64,000 nt of DNA from Thalia democratica. Its lineage: Eukaryota. Each line of letters starts with the position of its first letter. Within the stretch, counting starts at the first letter, position 1. Below the pieces are notes generated by a model. The model worked only from the letters and a program-made list of their open reading frames with translations, searched no databases and had not been told where the DNA came from. The stretch covers positions 33,542,001 to 33,606,000 of the forward strand of contig OZ241832.1 in the NCBI GenBank assembly GCA_965202585.1. The letters are read 5' to 3'. Positions 12,339-25,547 of this stretch are shown piece after piece. A program made the translations under genes and the position numbers.

Positions 12339-14249
12339 GGCTACTTATTTTTAATTATTTAAAAAGCAAAAAGAGATGACGCATAAAGAAAAAGGTTACA
12401 TCAAGCAACCAATAAAAATTAAAGGTTAAACAGCTTTAAAATGCATTAAAGTATACTTAAAAACATAACTATGATAAAAATAAGAGTTTCGTGTTTAAGT
12501 TATACAGTTTTGCTCTGAAAACTAATTTGTATTACTAATATTTCTTAAATTTGTTTACGTCTGATATCACTTCTACTTTGTTTACGTCTGATATTATATC
12601 TAGACCCTAACTATTACTTTACTTCAACTAATATTTATCCCGACTTACCTTTCCTTCAAGTCTTGATTTTACAGATTGTAATATTTTTTTTGATACTTAT
12701 ATATTAAAAAAAAAACAGAGCTAATAAACTAATTAGTGTATATTTTTGTGAGATAATTTTCTGAGTAATAGCACTAGTTGTAAATTACTGTATATGTTGA
12801 ATTAAAGTAATTAGCACACTTAATCAATATTAAACGTGTATATTAGGTAAAATTTATTTCTAGATAAAACACTGTTGGTACTGTTTTAATGCAACGAAAA
12901 TAGGCTCATAAAAAAATTATTGGAAATTAATACAAGCAGTGCTTCTTAATTTTTTGCTATTTTTTTACAGTGATTCAAAATTGTTGTACAAAACGTAGAG
13001 ACTGATTAGTTTCAATTATAATTATTTTATAGACAAGCTTGATTAATGTTTTACATGCGTAAGTAAAAAACTTTTTTATAATAAATTTTTTTAAATATTT
13101 TAATAAAGGTAAACAAATAAGTGTTATGATGAAAACAATCTATTCGTATAAGCTTAAAATAGCTAAACAAATTTAAAACAATATTGTATAGTCTTTAGTA
13201 TATGTTAAGCACGTTATGAATTTGAAAACTTTTTATTGTTCAGTTGTATGTTCGTTTTAACTTAACAAAAATTACTATTATGTAAAATTACTTTGAGTAT
13301 AAATAAAAGTTAAGCTTTTTTAGTCAAATAGTGTGTTTAGGTTTTACATTTTCAAAAAAAAAACTATCATTCTTAAACTTTGTTTTATACTGTAAATGTG
13401 TTTTCTTCAACTTTCTAAAAGGTCTTTGTTTTGGGCCATGTTATAAATATATTTACTGCTTTATTATATTTGTAGTGTAAACTTTTTTTATAAAATTAAA
13501 ACATGTCTTTTTTTGAAGAACCACATATTTTAATTAAAAACTTCGCAACAAGCTACATATTAACTTGTAGCCTTTAATAAATTTTACGTAAGCCGTAGTT
13601 TTTTAAAATTCTAGTTATAAAAATAAACAAGTTTCAGAATGATATTGTACTAAAACAATCAAAACATCATTAGGATATTCACTATCTATATAATAGAATG
13701 TTTTGTATTTCATTACGCTCAAAAAACATATTTTGTCTCATTTTTAGATCTCTAATCTAGAAAAACTAGTGTTCCATTGATAAAAAGTTTTGTTATAATC
13801 GATAATGATATAGTAATAACAAAACTTTAGAAAAAATTTTGTGACTTTTATATATGTATTCTATAGACAATGTGCTGTGATCGTCGTAATAATTTATTTA
13901 ATGAGATTTACTAAGTATTTTTTGAAGTAAAAGCATACAAACAAATTCCGAAATATCTGACTACTTGATTAAAAACCTTTAGTTTTTCAAATGACATAGT
14001 CTTAATTATTGTACAACAGTATAAAAGAATATAATTCAGGCAATATAATAAACTGAGTATTTTATAATATTTTTCGTACTAAATAATTGTTTCACTGTAA
14101 TAAAATGTTATTCATTTTCCGAACAAAGTTTGTTAGTTTTATTACACCTAAAAAAATAGAATAGGTATTGTAAAATTAAGTCCTGTTATACTTTTTTTTG
14201 TGCTTAAGTTAAGATACTTACCACTTATGCTTGTTATTGATCTAAATTA

Positions 14250-15728
14250 AAAATACCCACCAATTTTGAAGTAGATAAACTTTTTTAATTGATAAATTCA
14301 AAAAAATACATCTAGTATCACTTCTGAATTTAGAATAAACAACATAAGGTTACCTTCAACTAAAGTGTTTAAAGATCTGGGAATTTTTATTGCTGAAAAC
14401 CTAAAATGGAACCACCATATCAATTACGTTTATCAAATTGCATCAACTATTTCTTTTCAAGTTTTAAAGAGTTTTAAATCTACAGATATAAACATTCTCA
14501 AAAAAATTTATCTCGTTTACATTCGTCCTAAGTTAGAATACAACACACCAATTTGGTCTCCATACCTGAAGAAAGATATTAACCATCTTGAATCCATTCA
14601 AAGAAAATATACAAGAATAGTCTTCAACCGTTGTAACATCTCATACACATCTTATTTTAATAGACTCTCAAAACTTGGTATTAAGTCTTTAGAGTATAGA
14701 AGGATTGAGTTTGACTTAATTACTTTTTTCAAACTGATTAATAGTGAAACTACAATTAATTTACAGTCTATTTTTTAACCTCATAAATGTACTTATTTAC
14801 TAAGAGGTAACAGCAGAAAATTTACATGCAGACATAATTTCAATAATAATGTTTGGCATAATTCTTTTTTTTATCGTTCAGTTGAATTATGGAACAAGCT
14901 TCCAAACGAATTAGTTTCTTGTAAAAAAGTTGAGCATTTTCGGTTAAGGTTAAAAAAGTTTGATTTAAATAAATATTTTGTTAGCAAAATTCATAAGTGA
15001 TTTTTTTGTTGTTGTTATTTCTTCATTAACCACTGGTTGTAATTGTCTAATTTGGTTTAACCTATAGCTTTATTTTATTAGCGGCGCCTTTCCTCTGTGT
15101 ATAACAAAACCTGTTCCTTAATACATAGTTTATTGGGCTGTTAAAGTGCTAGAGGCCTTGGGTTCTTAAGTTTTGTTTATAGTCAGTGTTCTCAACATTT
15201 ATCAGCTACTACGAAAGTCCAACAAACGCTGAGTTATCTGAGTATTAAAGATTTGAAAGTAAATATGAAGCAGGCTCTCCTAAGAAAAATGAAAAACGTT
15301 GTTCATATAAAAGCGGTTCTAGTTATACGAATAAAAGTGAAACAAGTTGTATGGATAAAAGTTAAGCCGGTTACTCAAATGAAAGCTGAACCAGTTGTTC
15401 AAATAATGTGAAGCTAGTCATTCGAATGAAAGTGAAACCAGTTTTGGAGTGAAACCATCTGTTCGGGTGAAGTTGAAGTAGGATATTGTTGTTCTCTTTT
15501 CGAAAGCACCGGAATTATAAATTTTGTGTTATAATTTTTGGTGTTTTTATGTTAATTTTTAAACTTTAATTAGTTAAACTCAGTTTTTTTTTTCATTTTT
15601 AATGTACAATTTTGGTTTATTTTTGTCTTTTTGTTGTATGTCTTTCTGTATAAGTGGCCTAGGTTTTGATGCCTGGGTCCTTCGTATGACAATAAACTTA
15701 CAATAATAATAATAATAATAAATAATAA
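14250..15728 (+). mobile_element. 5'-truncated CR1/L2-group non-LTR retrotransposon (RT thumb/C-terminus, 3'UTR, (AAT)n tail), disrupted
   Basis: FKDLGIFI..LKWNHHI..YIRPKLEYNTPIWSPYLKKDINHLESIQRKYTR..RRIEFDL. After an in-frame TAA at 14776-14778 the frame continues LRGNSRK..FFYRSVELWNKLP. aataaa followed by (aat)n at 15702-15728. Confidence 0.9.
15285..15480 (+). repeat. Degenerate ~24-bp tandem repeat inside the LINE 3' region
   Basis: Recurring atgaaag(c/t)gaaaccagttgtt-like units; one frame reads IKVKQVVW/IKVKPVTQ/MKAEPVVQ. Confidence 0.5.
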
Positions 15729-16544
15729 CTTATTTTCGTATTTTTTAAATATAAAAAATTGACTGAAAACTAGATGTAAATTAACTTTGATACTGTTTTA
15801 ACTGTGCCATCTAAAGATAATAAACTAAAGTTTAAATTTATCACAAACTTAATGTCATAAAATACAAAAAATAAATTTAATTACTTTATGTTTTTCGATG
15901 AAAGAAGTAAGTATTATCATTAAAAAAAATACATTTGAACCAAAGTACTATTAAAGTAGTATTTTAAATTAAAACTCTATGCAAAAAAGTTTTAACGTTT
16001 TTCAATATATTGGTAAGTTCAAAAACTTGTCTAGAGTTTTCATAGTATTGCATATTTTGAGGTTTATAAAATACTATTTCAGTTATTAAGTTAACAAAAA
16101 TTAACCAAAAGCATATTTTTTTTAAATAAAATTAAAAAAAGAATGTTATTAGGTAAAAATAAGGAGCAGTATTATTCATAAAAGAAACAAAAATCATACA
16201 CGTAAATAAAAAATAATTTGAAAACTTTTAACAACAACTTTAACAGCAAATTAAGTTATGTTAAGTATCTTTGTTTACTATTAGTTGTTGGTTGAAAAGT
16301 AAATAGCTTTTTATCAAAGAAAAAAAAAGTTGTTTTTATATTTTAATCAATCCAAGCTATATAAACAAACATATAGCATTTGAAAAAATATTGAACTTTC
16401 AAGCTTAAAAAGTCGCTTTGCAAATTTTTGTTTTTTTCGAAACTGCAGCAAAACTGCTACGCCAAAAAAAAATCTAAGCGATACCTTTAAAGTAAGCGAT
16501 TAAATTACACAGGTGTTGTAAAAACCGATTCTACAGCACTAACT

Positions 16545-19076
16545 CTATTGTTCGTTTTTGTTTCTGTACTTTTCAAGCAGCTTGTTGATTTCGTGAATGC
16601 CGCGGTTCAGCTCATTCTGGGCCTTCGCGTCGTTGGCGATGAACTGAGTCGGTTGGTCGCTGACGTTGTTGGTTGTCTGGTTGAAGCTTGGAGTGAAACC
16701 GAAGTTGTTCTGGTTTCGAGAATGCGGCACGCCAGGCGTCGCTGGTGAGTTGTTGAAACTCGGCGGCATGTCGGCAAGCTGACCAGTTCGGTGCAAAAAA
16801 TGGTGGTTGTCGTATCTCTGGTTGGTGTGTTGAAATGGTGCGATGTTGTTTTGAAATGGTGCGAAGGTGTTTTGTTGTGCAAACGGTCTGCTTATCACGT
16901 GATTGACATTGTTCAAACTTGGCAACTGCTGGTGATGAGCGTTTCCGAAACCATTGCAAAACGGGTTTTGGTTTCTCGTCAACGGCATTGAATGGTTGAG
17001 TTGGTTGTTCGGGTTGAACAACATTTGGTTGAAAGGGTTTTGTTGGCTCAGAAGCAGCTGGAGTTGGTTCAAGTACAAGTTAGACGCAGTATGAAGCTGA
17101 TTAGGAGTGAAACTTGGTTGCATTGGAAACATAGAACCGCCTGGCATTTGGTTCGCTCGAAAACTGCTCGGTTTTGCTTGGTACGACGCATTTTGATCAA
17201 ATTGTTGGTTTTGAAGTTTATTGCCGAAAAAACTTTGCGGCCTGACATTTGTTGACCTGCGAGCTTGATTTGTATAGTGGTTTTGTGTGGATGTGCTTGC
17301 TCCTCCGTTTGTATTGCATGAAGCTTTGCTTTTGTTCTTCACCACTCTTAAGATGTTTTCAACTTTTTTCATCTTGAACCAATGATCTACTTTCACCTCA
17401 TCCACACCATTCTTTTTGCCTATGGCAATTACTTCTTCGAAACTCGGGGAGTTGTTGATGCTGAAAAAGAGTTCCAAGTTCCAGACGTCTTTTTGGCTGT
17501 AGTCAAACGAGTAGGCCGACAAAGCGTCCTGCAAATTTAGTTCTTTTCTCCTTTCGTTGAACCAACGGTACACGGCCAACCTTTCCGCTTGTAAGTTGTT
17601 GCTAAATTCTGTTATTTCATCAAGAGTTGGCGCGGGCGTCTGCTTGAAGTAAAACAAAGCCAACGGCATTTGATGCTCTTTCATGTACTCTGACTCCGTG
17701 AATATCATCATCAACTTTTGAAAAAACCAGTTTTCAACAAAGTTCGAGTCTCTGTCCGTGATCGAGCACAAGTAGTTTTTCTCCTCACCAGTCGGTTCCT
17801 CGCCCTTTTTCCGAGCGTAAAAAATTGCCAAAGTTTTTTCAACGCAGTCGTCGTTGGTCAGGTCTCGCTGAGTTAAATCTACGTGGTTCGATTCCGCCTC
17901 CCCGTTGTTTGCCACGTTGAATTGTTGCTGCAGCAAGTTGTTTTGCTTGTTTTGGGCGGATAATTTAATTGTTGGGGGTCTGTATGTGGGGTGTTCGCGT
18001 TGATGAGAAGTAAAAGAAGTAGAAGAAGATGGGAAGTCAGGGTTGCTATTTTTAGATAAGTCCAAAGGCTGGTTTGTTGTTCTACCTGAAGCAAATTTGA
18101 AATAGAAAAAATTGTTTGGCTTGATTTCTATGAGTACAGTTAACAAAAAAAAAAAAACAGCAAAGTTAACAAAAAGTTAAGTCATTTTATTATGCAAAAT
18201 TACATAAAAAAACTGTTGAATAATGAAAAAATGTTATTTTAAAATGATTTAAAGAAAAAAAAGTTTGTATACTGTTTCTAATCGCATATCGTTTATAATG
18301 CATTCTTCAGAAAGTCTCTACAGCAATATTAAGTTTATTAAATACACTAATTTTTTATAATTAAAGTTTTCAAGCTAAGAAGAACTGATTCAAAAAAAAA
18401 AGAATATTTAAACAATTAACATTACAAAAAAAAAGATTATTTTTTTTAAATTAAACGAACTATTGAATTAAAAAATATTTTCTTATTTGTGCGAAACGTT
18501 TATTTACATTATGAAATTATAGCATGTATGGCTATCTTACACTAACTGTGCAATGTGGTTAAAAACTTGTAATTTATAAATAGATCCACAAATACAAATC
18601 TAAATTTAATTTAGTTTTACTAGTAACAGAGTATTACAAAAAATAAACCTGTGATTTTTTTGTGCTTTCCATTTCTACTTTTTTTCACGCCAGTATTCTC
18701 TTTTAGCGCTGTAAAATGAGTTAAATAAGTTATCAAGCTCATCTATTTTGACTAGAACTTTTTTGTTGTTTCAATAGTCATTCTGATTTACTAAAACTTC
18801 AGAAAATAAAATCAAAGTACTTCAAGGATAGTTTATTAAAAGCTAGTTTTTATGTATTTGTGTATTACCGTTAATTATAAAGTATTTTAACTTACCAATA
18901 ACTTTTTGAATAAAATTATCATTTTTGTCGAAATTTTTGACTCGACCATTTTCGAAATCTAGTCTAGCTAATTTTTTAGAAATATTGTCGATTTCTAATT
19001 GCTGCTTTAAAATGCTTCTTTTCATGAGTAATATATTTTCGTCAATACTTTCTGTAGTTTCTTTCTTTCTTGACAT
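16545..19076 (-). CDS. Triple degenerate-homeodomain protein, paralog B (573 aa), with PLDLS motif and N/Q-rich tail
   Basis: Exon 1 19076-18896 (60 codons+1, donor gtaagt). Exon 2 18085-16545 (acceptor gcttcag, phase 1). WF motifs ENWFFQKL, YRWFNERRK, DHWFKMKK. HD3 YSQKDVWNLELFFSINNSPSFEEVIAIGKKNGVDEVKVDHWF has exact homeodomain helix spacing. Confidence 0.85.
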
Positions 19077-20570
19077 AATTGTGTAAAATATCTCACTGAA
19101 ATGTTATATACTTGCTTTAATACAAAACAAAAGTAGTTGATGTTTAATATATTTTACAAAAGTAAAACTTAAACCAAAAATGCTATAAAGAAACTTTGAC
19201 TAAATAAGATACTTCTACAAAAATATAAGTCTTTGGAACTATAAAAAAGTAGTTTATTACTAAGTGAACTTTATTTATACTAAAAAAAATGTTTTATTTA
19301 AAATGTAGTATTTTGTAGTTAGTAATACACAACTTAAGAAAAGAAACTAATATGAAAATAAAGTAAAGCTTATATTACCTTTCTAACAATAAAAAATTAA
19401 GTCAAGGTTTTGACTTTAACAAAACTAATTTCATCAAACTAAAGCATATAGTTACAAAACAGCTCAAGTGATTAGCATACAGTTAGAAGCAATTTTAATT
19501 TGTACTGTTTAATTTTGCTCTTACTATTACAAACAATTGTAAAATTATGCGCATAATAAAACTAATTGATAGAAATTTAAAACACACAAATTAACTAGTT
19601 CTAATGTCTGCAAAATTAATTTCATAGAACTATCGATTTGCAAAATTAATAGCAATTGTAAAAAAAAAAACTAATCTGTAAAAAAAAAGTTTTTTCTATA
19701 TTTTTATTCGTGCAGTTTGTTAAAATACAACAAAACAGTAACTAACAAAGAATCTTTTTTTTTGTGTTTAGTTTAATAAAAACACTTGTTGTATTGGTAT
19801 TTGTATAACTTTAATATAAAATCACTTGGTTTATTTTTGACTGTCTAAGAAGTTAATTTTAAGTTTAGCTTAATCCAAATTTATGGATTATAGGACAACT
19901 TAATTGACAAGGTTTTTATTTAAAACAATTTTAAGCTATTTTACCAATTTTTTTTTGCATAAAATACGTTTTCTGCTTGATTGATATACAAACTATCATA
20001 AAAACTTTAGTTTTACCTTTTAAAGCCGTTTGTTTCTTTTCAATTATTCATAAGAGAAAGGTATGAAATTCGAGTAAATTATACCTAAATGTATTTTTAC
20101 TGAGACCCATTTAACACAAAACTTTTGATAAGCACAGTAAAGTTTCAACCAAAAAAAATTGTATCCGTTTTTAATTGATGCAAAGTTTGGATTTTTTTTT
20201 CTTTTTTTAACTTAAAGTTATAAAATATGTCGAGTAGCAAAATGTTTTAAAGCAAGCTACTTAATTTTAATTACTTATGCAACCTTTAAAGAAACTTTTT
20301 TTGTGAAAAATTCCTATGGCTACTATGAAGAAAAAAAAACACAGTATTTTTTAAAAGTTTTCAAAAAAAAGTATTTGTTATCTCTTTTACAAATTCGATC
20401 AAGCTACACTCTCAAGTTATATCGCACATTATGCATTTGTTTTAGTCATATACAATGTATACTGCACAAATTTGGAAAAACATCTTTAAGTCACACAATT
20501 GTATACAAATTTTGAATAATTTTTTTTTGTTTGAATTTTATAAAATTCTAAATTTCGACTAAAAACTATT

Positions 20571-20783
20571 TTAGAACTATACAGTTTTCTTTATTTTTAA
20601 TTTATCATTTAATTTCCCTGTGGTTTACTTGTTTTGTTACTCTGAGTCTGAGACAATAAGTGATAAATAACTAAATAAGTAAACCACAGGGAATTTAAAT
20701 GATAAAATAAAACTAAAGCAAACTGTATAGTTCTAAATCTGTTTTGTTACTCTGAGTCTGAAACAATAAATGATAAATAACTA
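20571..20783. repeat. Inverted duplication with re-copied spacer (A-B-A'-B)
   Basis: 20571-20630 is the reverse complement of 20677-20736 with a few mismatches. Spacer gttttgttactctgagtctga.. (20631-20676) recurs directly at 20741-20783. Confidence 0.9.
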
Positions 20784-21358
20784 TATAAATACTATTTAGT
20801 GTTTATTGTTTAAGCTGATGTATAAATATGTTTACATTTTTAATTTCTGTTTATGTTTTAAGTTCATACAAAGCCGCCATGTTTTTAATTAAAAAAATCA
20901 TAAATTTAAGCTCTTATGAATCTTATAGAAAAACTGTTACTGTTGGTGAACAAGTATTTACATGCTAAATATTAGCTACACTACTGTTGTCTTTAATTAT
21001 TTTTTAAAAGTTATATCAAAATCTGACCTTAAAATTATTTTTTGAGTGTAAATATTTAGTTAAGTTTAATTGTTTAACGGTGCTAAGATTATTTTCGACG
21101 AGGATTATAATTTTTAAAAATAAACATTTTTTGGGCAAAAATTTTAAGACTCCTCATAATATAATTATTTTTTGTTTATTTTTCAAAATAGTTTAAGTAA
21201 CGTGTTTGTAGTTTTTATGCGTTCAATTTTTTTAATACTACTATAGTTTTATCTTTATTTTAAATGTTGTGATGTAAACTACTTGTATGTAAAAACTAAG
21301 AGTTTTTGAAATAAATTATCTTTTGCTGTACAAAAACGTTATTGGTCAATTTATGTTA

Positions 21359-22135
21359 CAGTAACCTCTCGCTTATTTACGCACATTGTGTCCAATGAAA
21401 AAGTGCGTAAAGATATGAGAGATCGTAAAGAAACGAGAGGTACCAAATATACTCACTATAATGGCTGTTTTTTAATATTGCTTCTAGTTAAAAGCAGACT
21501 GGGCACTTTTCCACTTTTAACTATTTGTTTACTTAATTTATAAATATGAAAACAACAGATAAAACTATACATATATTAAAAAAAAGATTAGAATTTCTAC
21601 AAAATAATAATACGAGTAGAAATAATTTTACTATTTTAATAATAAGTAGAAAATATCTTTATCTTTATTTATATGTGACATTTATATTCTATTCTTTTAG
21701 CAAGTTCAACTTATAATTAAGCATTTGTTTACAATTATAAAATGGTGTTTATTAATATATAGGGCAAGACTGCTGTATTATTTCTTTGTGTTTTAAACTC
21801 TCATTATTTCATTATACTTTTATTATTAAACACAGTCATGTTTATTTCAGAATTTTGATTTAATCTCGTACTGTTAACAAAATTTCTGATATACTGAGGT
21901 ATAACTAAATGTTTATCAATTAGTCAAGGAACATAAATTTACAAAGTCTAAAGATATAGAGAGGTGTGTTAGCATTCAAAAACATATTTCAATTGAAAAA
22001 TATACATTAAACCTAATTTGTGCAATATTTTAAATAATTAAAATTTTTATTTTCTGAATTTTATAGAATTCTGAAATGCGTAACTAAACGAGAGTGCGTA
22101 ACGTCACGAGTGCGTAAAGATCCGAGAGGTTACTG
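21359..22135. mobile_element. Non-autonomous Tc1/mariner (pogo/Tigger-like) MITE, 777 bp
   Basis: TIR cagtaacctctcg ... cgagaggttactg, flanked by TA on both sides (21357-58, 22136-37); subterminal gtgcgtaa repeats; no ORF. Confidence 0.85.
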
Positions 22136-23764
22136 TATATTAGAAATATTTTATCCCTTTCACAGTTGCTTAAACTTGAGTATGGCGTAAATCAAGGGGT
22201 GGTAAACTTTAAAGTTTTTTAATTTTAGGTAGTCATGCATATAGTAAGGACTAATTAAGTACAAAAAGTAGAAGATTTCAAACAGATATATTAAATTGAG
22301 CTTTTTTTATAACCGTTGTTAAAAAAAAATGTTTGGAGAAAACGCCAGAACAATTTGAAAACAACTTCAAGTATGATCCCTATCGATACATCTAACTTAT
22401 ACTTAATTTCTAAGAGATTACTTTTTTAATCTCACTTAAATCTTAAAATACTTAAGAATAAACGGTAAACGTTTTTTATTAATTAAGAAGAATTTATTTA
22501 TTTAAACTATTTATGCTTCGTAAGCAAAAAAAAAAGCAAACTATGCAAATATTATTTCCCCAAAAAAAAGAGTAAATATTACAATTATTTCGGAGTCAAA
22601 AAATAAATATATATAAAATTGTAGTGTTTTTAATGTTTTTAAATAAACCTAAGGCAAGCTATTTGTAATTTATATGTTTAAGGTGCATAACAACTTAGAG
22701 TAAGTAAGGATATAAATAAAGTAAAAGTTTCTTTTTTGAAATACAAGTATATTGTAAAATGTAAACTACTTATGAATAACTACTTATGTAAACTAATAAT
22801 GATTTCCTTTTAAAATTAACACCTTAAATTAATATAAAATTTTTAAAGTTATGTAAAGTATTTTATAACTTTTTTCATTCGAAATCGAACATATATAGTA
22901 TTTTTTAAAGAAAGACAACATTTAGAACTTTACAATATCCCTATTGAACTATTAGTGAGAAAACTTTAAGTTTATTAAAAACTTAATCAAGGAAAAACTT
23001 AGGACTAAATGACTTTAGAAGAAAAGATTTGTTATGGATTTAATTTTAATGAACAAAATAAGATTCAAATTTTTATATAATACCTATATTCTTTTCGAGC
23101 TTTGAGATAAAACCGACCATATGAAAAACGTACTTCTTATATTAAATATAACTATTATTTATCGTTTAAACTCTAGGAAGTAAGAATGTGTTTTAAAATT
23201 TATACAATGTCAACTAAGTTTTAAAATTTTTAAACTAACAAACTAATTTTTTATATGAAATCTTTAAATCAAAAAGAAAAAAAGAAAAAAAATTAAAATT
23301 AAAACACATTTAATGGCAGAAGCACAAAGAAGAGATATATAGTTTTTTTTAATTGTTTTAATCAAGTGGCTCAAAAGTTAGGTAAAAGTAAAAGTTTGAA
23401 AATCAAATAAGTTTACTTAAAAGCTAGAGTAGAATTTTGCTGAAGTAATATTTTTTATCAATTAAATTAATATTCTTTAGAAAAAAAAAATTAAATATTA
23501 GTCAATTGAATTCAATATTCAACATTTTTTTTTAATACTTTATTATTTAAATTAAATAATTAAATAATTAAACGCCTATTAACCAAAAAATATGCATACT
23601 AAGATTAGTTTATAAAAATGGGTGAGACCGTCCTTTTATTTTAAGTTTCAGTATGCTGATTTTAAAACAAGTAAAACTTAAAAATAAATAGCAGTAATCA
23701 AAAATATTCTTTAGGCAAAAACATGGATAAGATAAGATATTTTTGTTCCTAAGCTCGTACTAGT

Positions 23765-25547
23765 TTATTGAAGTAGTTCATCTAAAAAAGGTGCTTCTTT
23801 TTTGTACGCTTCCAAGCTAACTCCCTTCTGTTCTAAGTTTTTTAATATCTTCACTAAAGTGTCTCTCTCATTCGTTAATTCTTTTACCTAATAAATTTTA
23901 AAAAGTAAATTTTAGTTAACACGTTCTTGACTTACACAAAGTGGAACCTACCTTGTTCTTGTTTGCCTCTAACTCGGTTGTAAATTTATTTCGTGAAGTT
24001 TTTGCATACTTTCGGTTCTTCAGAGTTCTTCGTTTTAATTTGTACATATCTTTCTCTTCGTCACTATAATTAGCGATAGATTGTGAAAATTTATTAATAC
24101 TGATTCATAAACATTGTTAGATAAACTTTACTTTGGATATGTACTTGAACATTACTTACCAGTAATTATACAATAAGATATACAAGACAAACGAATTCAA
24201 TAAAACTAAATATATTTCACGCAACTCTCATCAGTAAAGTACCAAGCTAATAAAACATAAAATTTAACAAACTTATATATTAACCAAGTATTTATAAAGT
24301 GATCAAAAGAGTAATAAAAGACAATAATAGACATAAATATGTGCTATATTAATTATATATTTAAACATAAACGTTTTCAAGAGGTTCTATATATCTGCTT
24401 AAAATTTCATAACATTTTATTTAGTTATTTTATTTTGTTATTTTTTTTTATAATATCTGCTTTAAAACTTAGATACTTAGATTGTATAACTATTTTTAGT
24501 ACTTTTAACATGCACTTTACATAATAAAATCAAAACTATAAACAAAAAATATTTAGATTACTACATTTTATGTACTTTATCACCATTTTGGATACTGTTC
24601 TACCATAAACTGTTTGATAAGCAGCTTCAAAACGTTCTATCAAAAAAAAAATATATATATTTTGGTGTATTTAACTTGTTTACTTTAAAAAAATATTATT
24701 TATCAAAAAAAGAAAGAGAGATTGTGCTAAAATATATTAATTCATTTTTTAAACAAGCAAGACTTGATTTATAACACAAAAACAGCTAGGTTAAAATAAA
24801 AATTTAAAACCGAAGTTTGCAACATGTAACTCACCTATAAAATTTCAGCTTCTTATTAAACTCAGGAGTTTTCAAACTCAACAGTTCTTCATCTGTTATG
24901 ACTGGATTTCCTCCTATTCCGTGTTGTTGCTTGTGGCTTTTTGTGTATGGAGTGTGTATGTTTTGGGCCAGCACGTGTCCATTGTACACCGGCTTGTTCG
25001 GAGTAGAACTGAATTGTGGTAGGTAATTTCTACCAGAACTAGTACCACCTTGCGAGCATGCATTAGCACTACTACCCGTTGCAATACTACCACCACCTTG
25101 TGAGTAGGTACCATCGTTATTACCCGCTGCAAGAAAACTTCCGCTAGATTGCACCACAGCCACGCTATTTAGCACTGCACCACTGACTGGCTGCTGATTA
25201 CTATTAACCGGTTGGTGGCGCTGCTGATAAGATCCGTTCATATTCGTGCTGACAAGATCGTAGCTCGCAGGATAAGGACTTTGCTGCTGGTAATCGGGAT
25301 AAGAAGGGTTGTTGTCATAGTAACCAGCTGTGTTGCTGCTGACCAGACTGTCGTTCGGGTCGTAAGAGTTCATGTGAACTTGCTGTTTGAGCTGTTGGTT
25401 CTGGTTACCGTACGCAGTTTGCTGCATGTAAGATGGGTCGGACCTGTGAGTTCTGTTGTCGTATTGATGGTCGGCTGCTCTTTTCTGGGGGTAAGTCCTG
25501 TTCAGTTGACCCGTGAAGTTTTGATTGTTTGTGTTGTTGCTATGCAT
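23765..25547 (-). CDS. Maf: Maf-family bZIP transcription factor
   Basis: Exons 25547-24835, 24063-23952, 23887-23765. The spliced product [46 protein letters not shown] aligns without gaps to the Maf extended-homology plus basic region ([45 protein letters not shown]), followed by a leucine zipper. The N-terminus is Q/N/Y/S-rich. Family-level call only. Confidence 0.9.

Noticed and set aside
12548-12596. Short direct repeat tttgtttacgtctgatat x2
   Set aside because: Two units only; ordinary slippage duplication, not a CRISPR-like array.
16548-18094. Several overlapping ORFs (16548, 16607, 16612, 16791, 16992, 17879)
   Set aside because: Shadow frames of the GC-richer homeobox B exon; low complexity, no independent signals.
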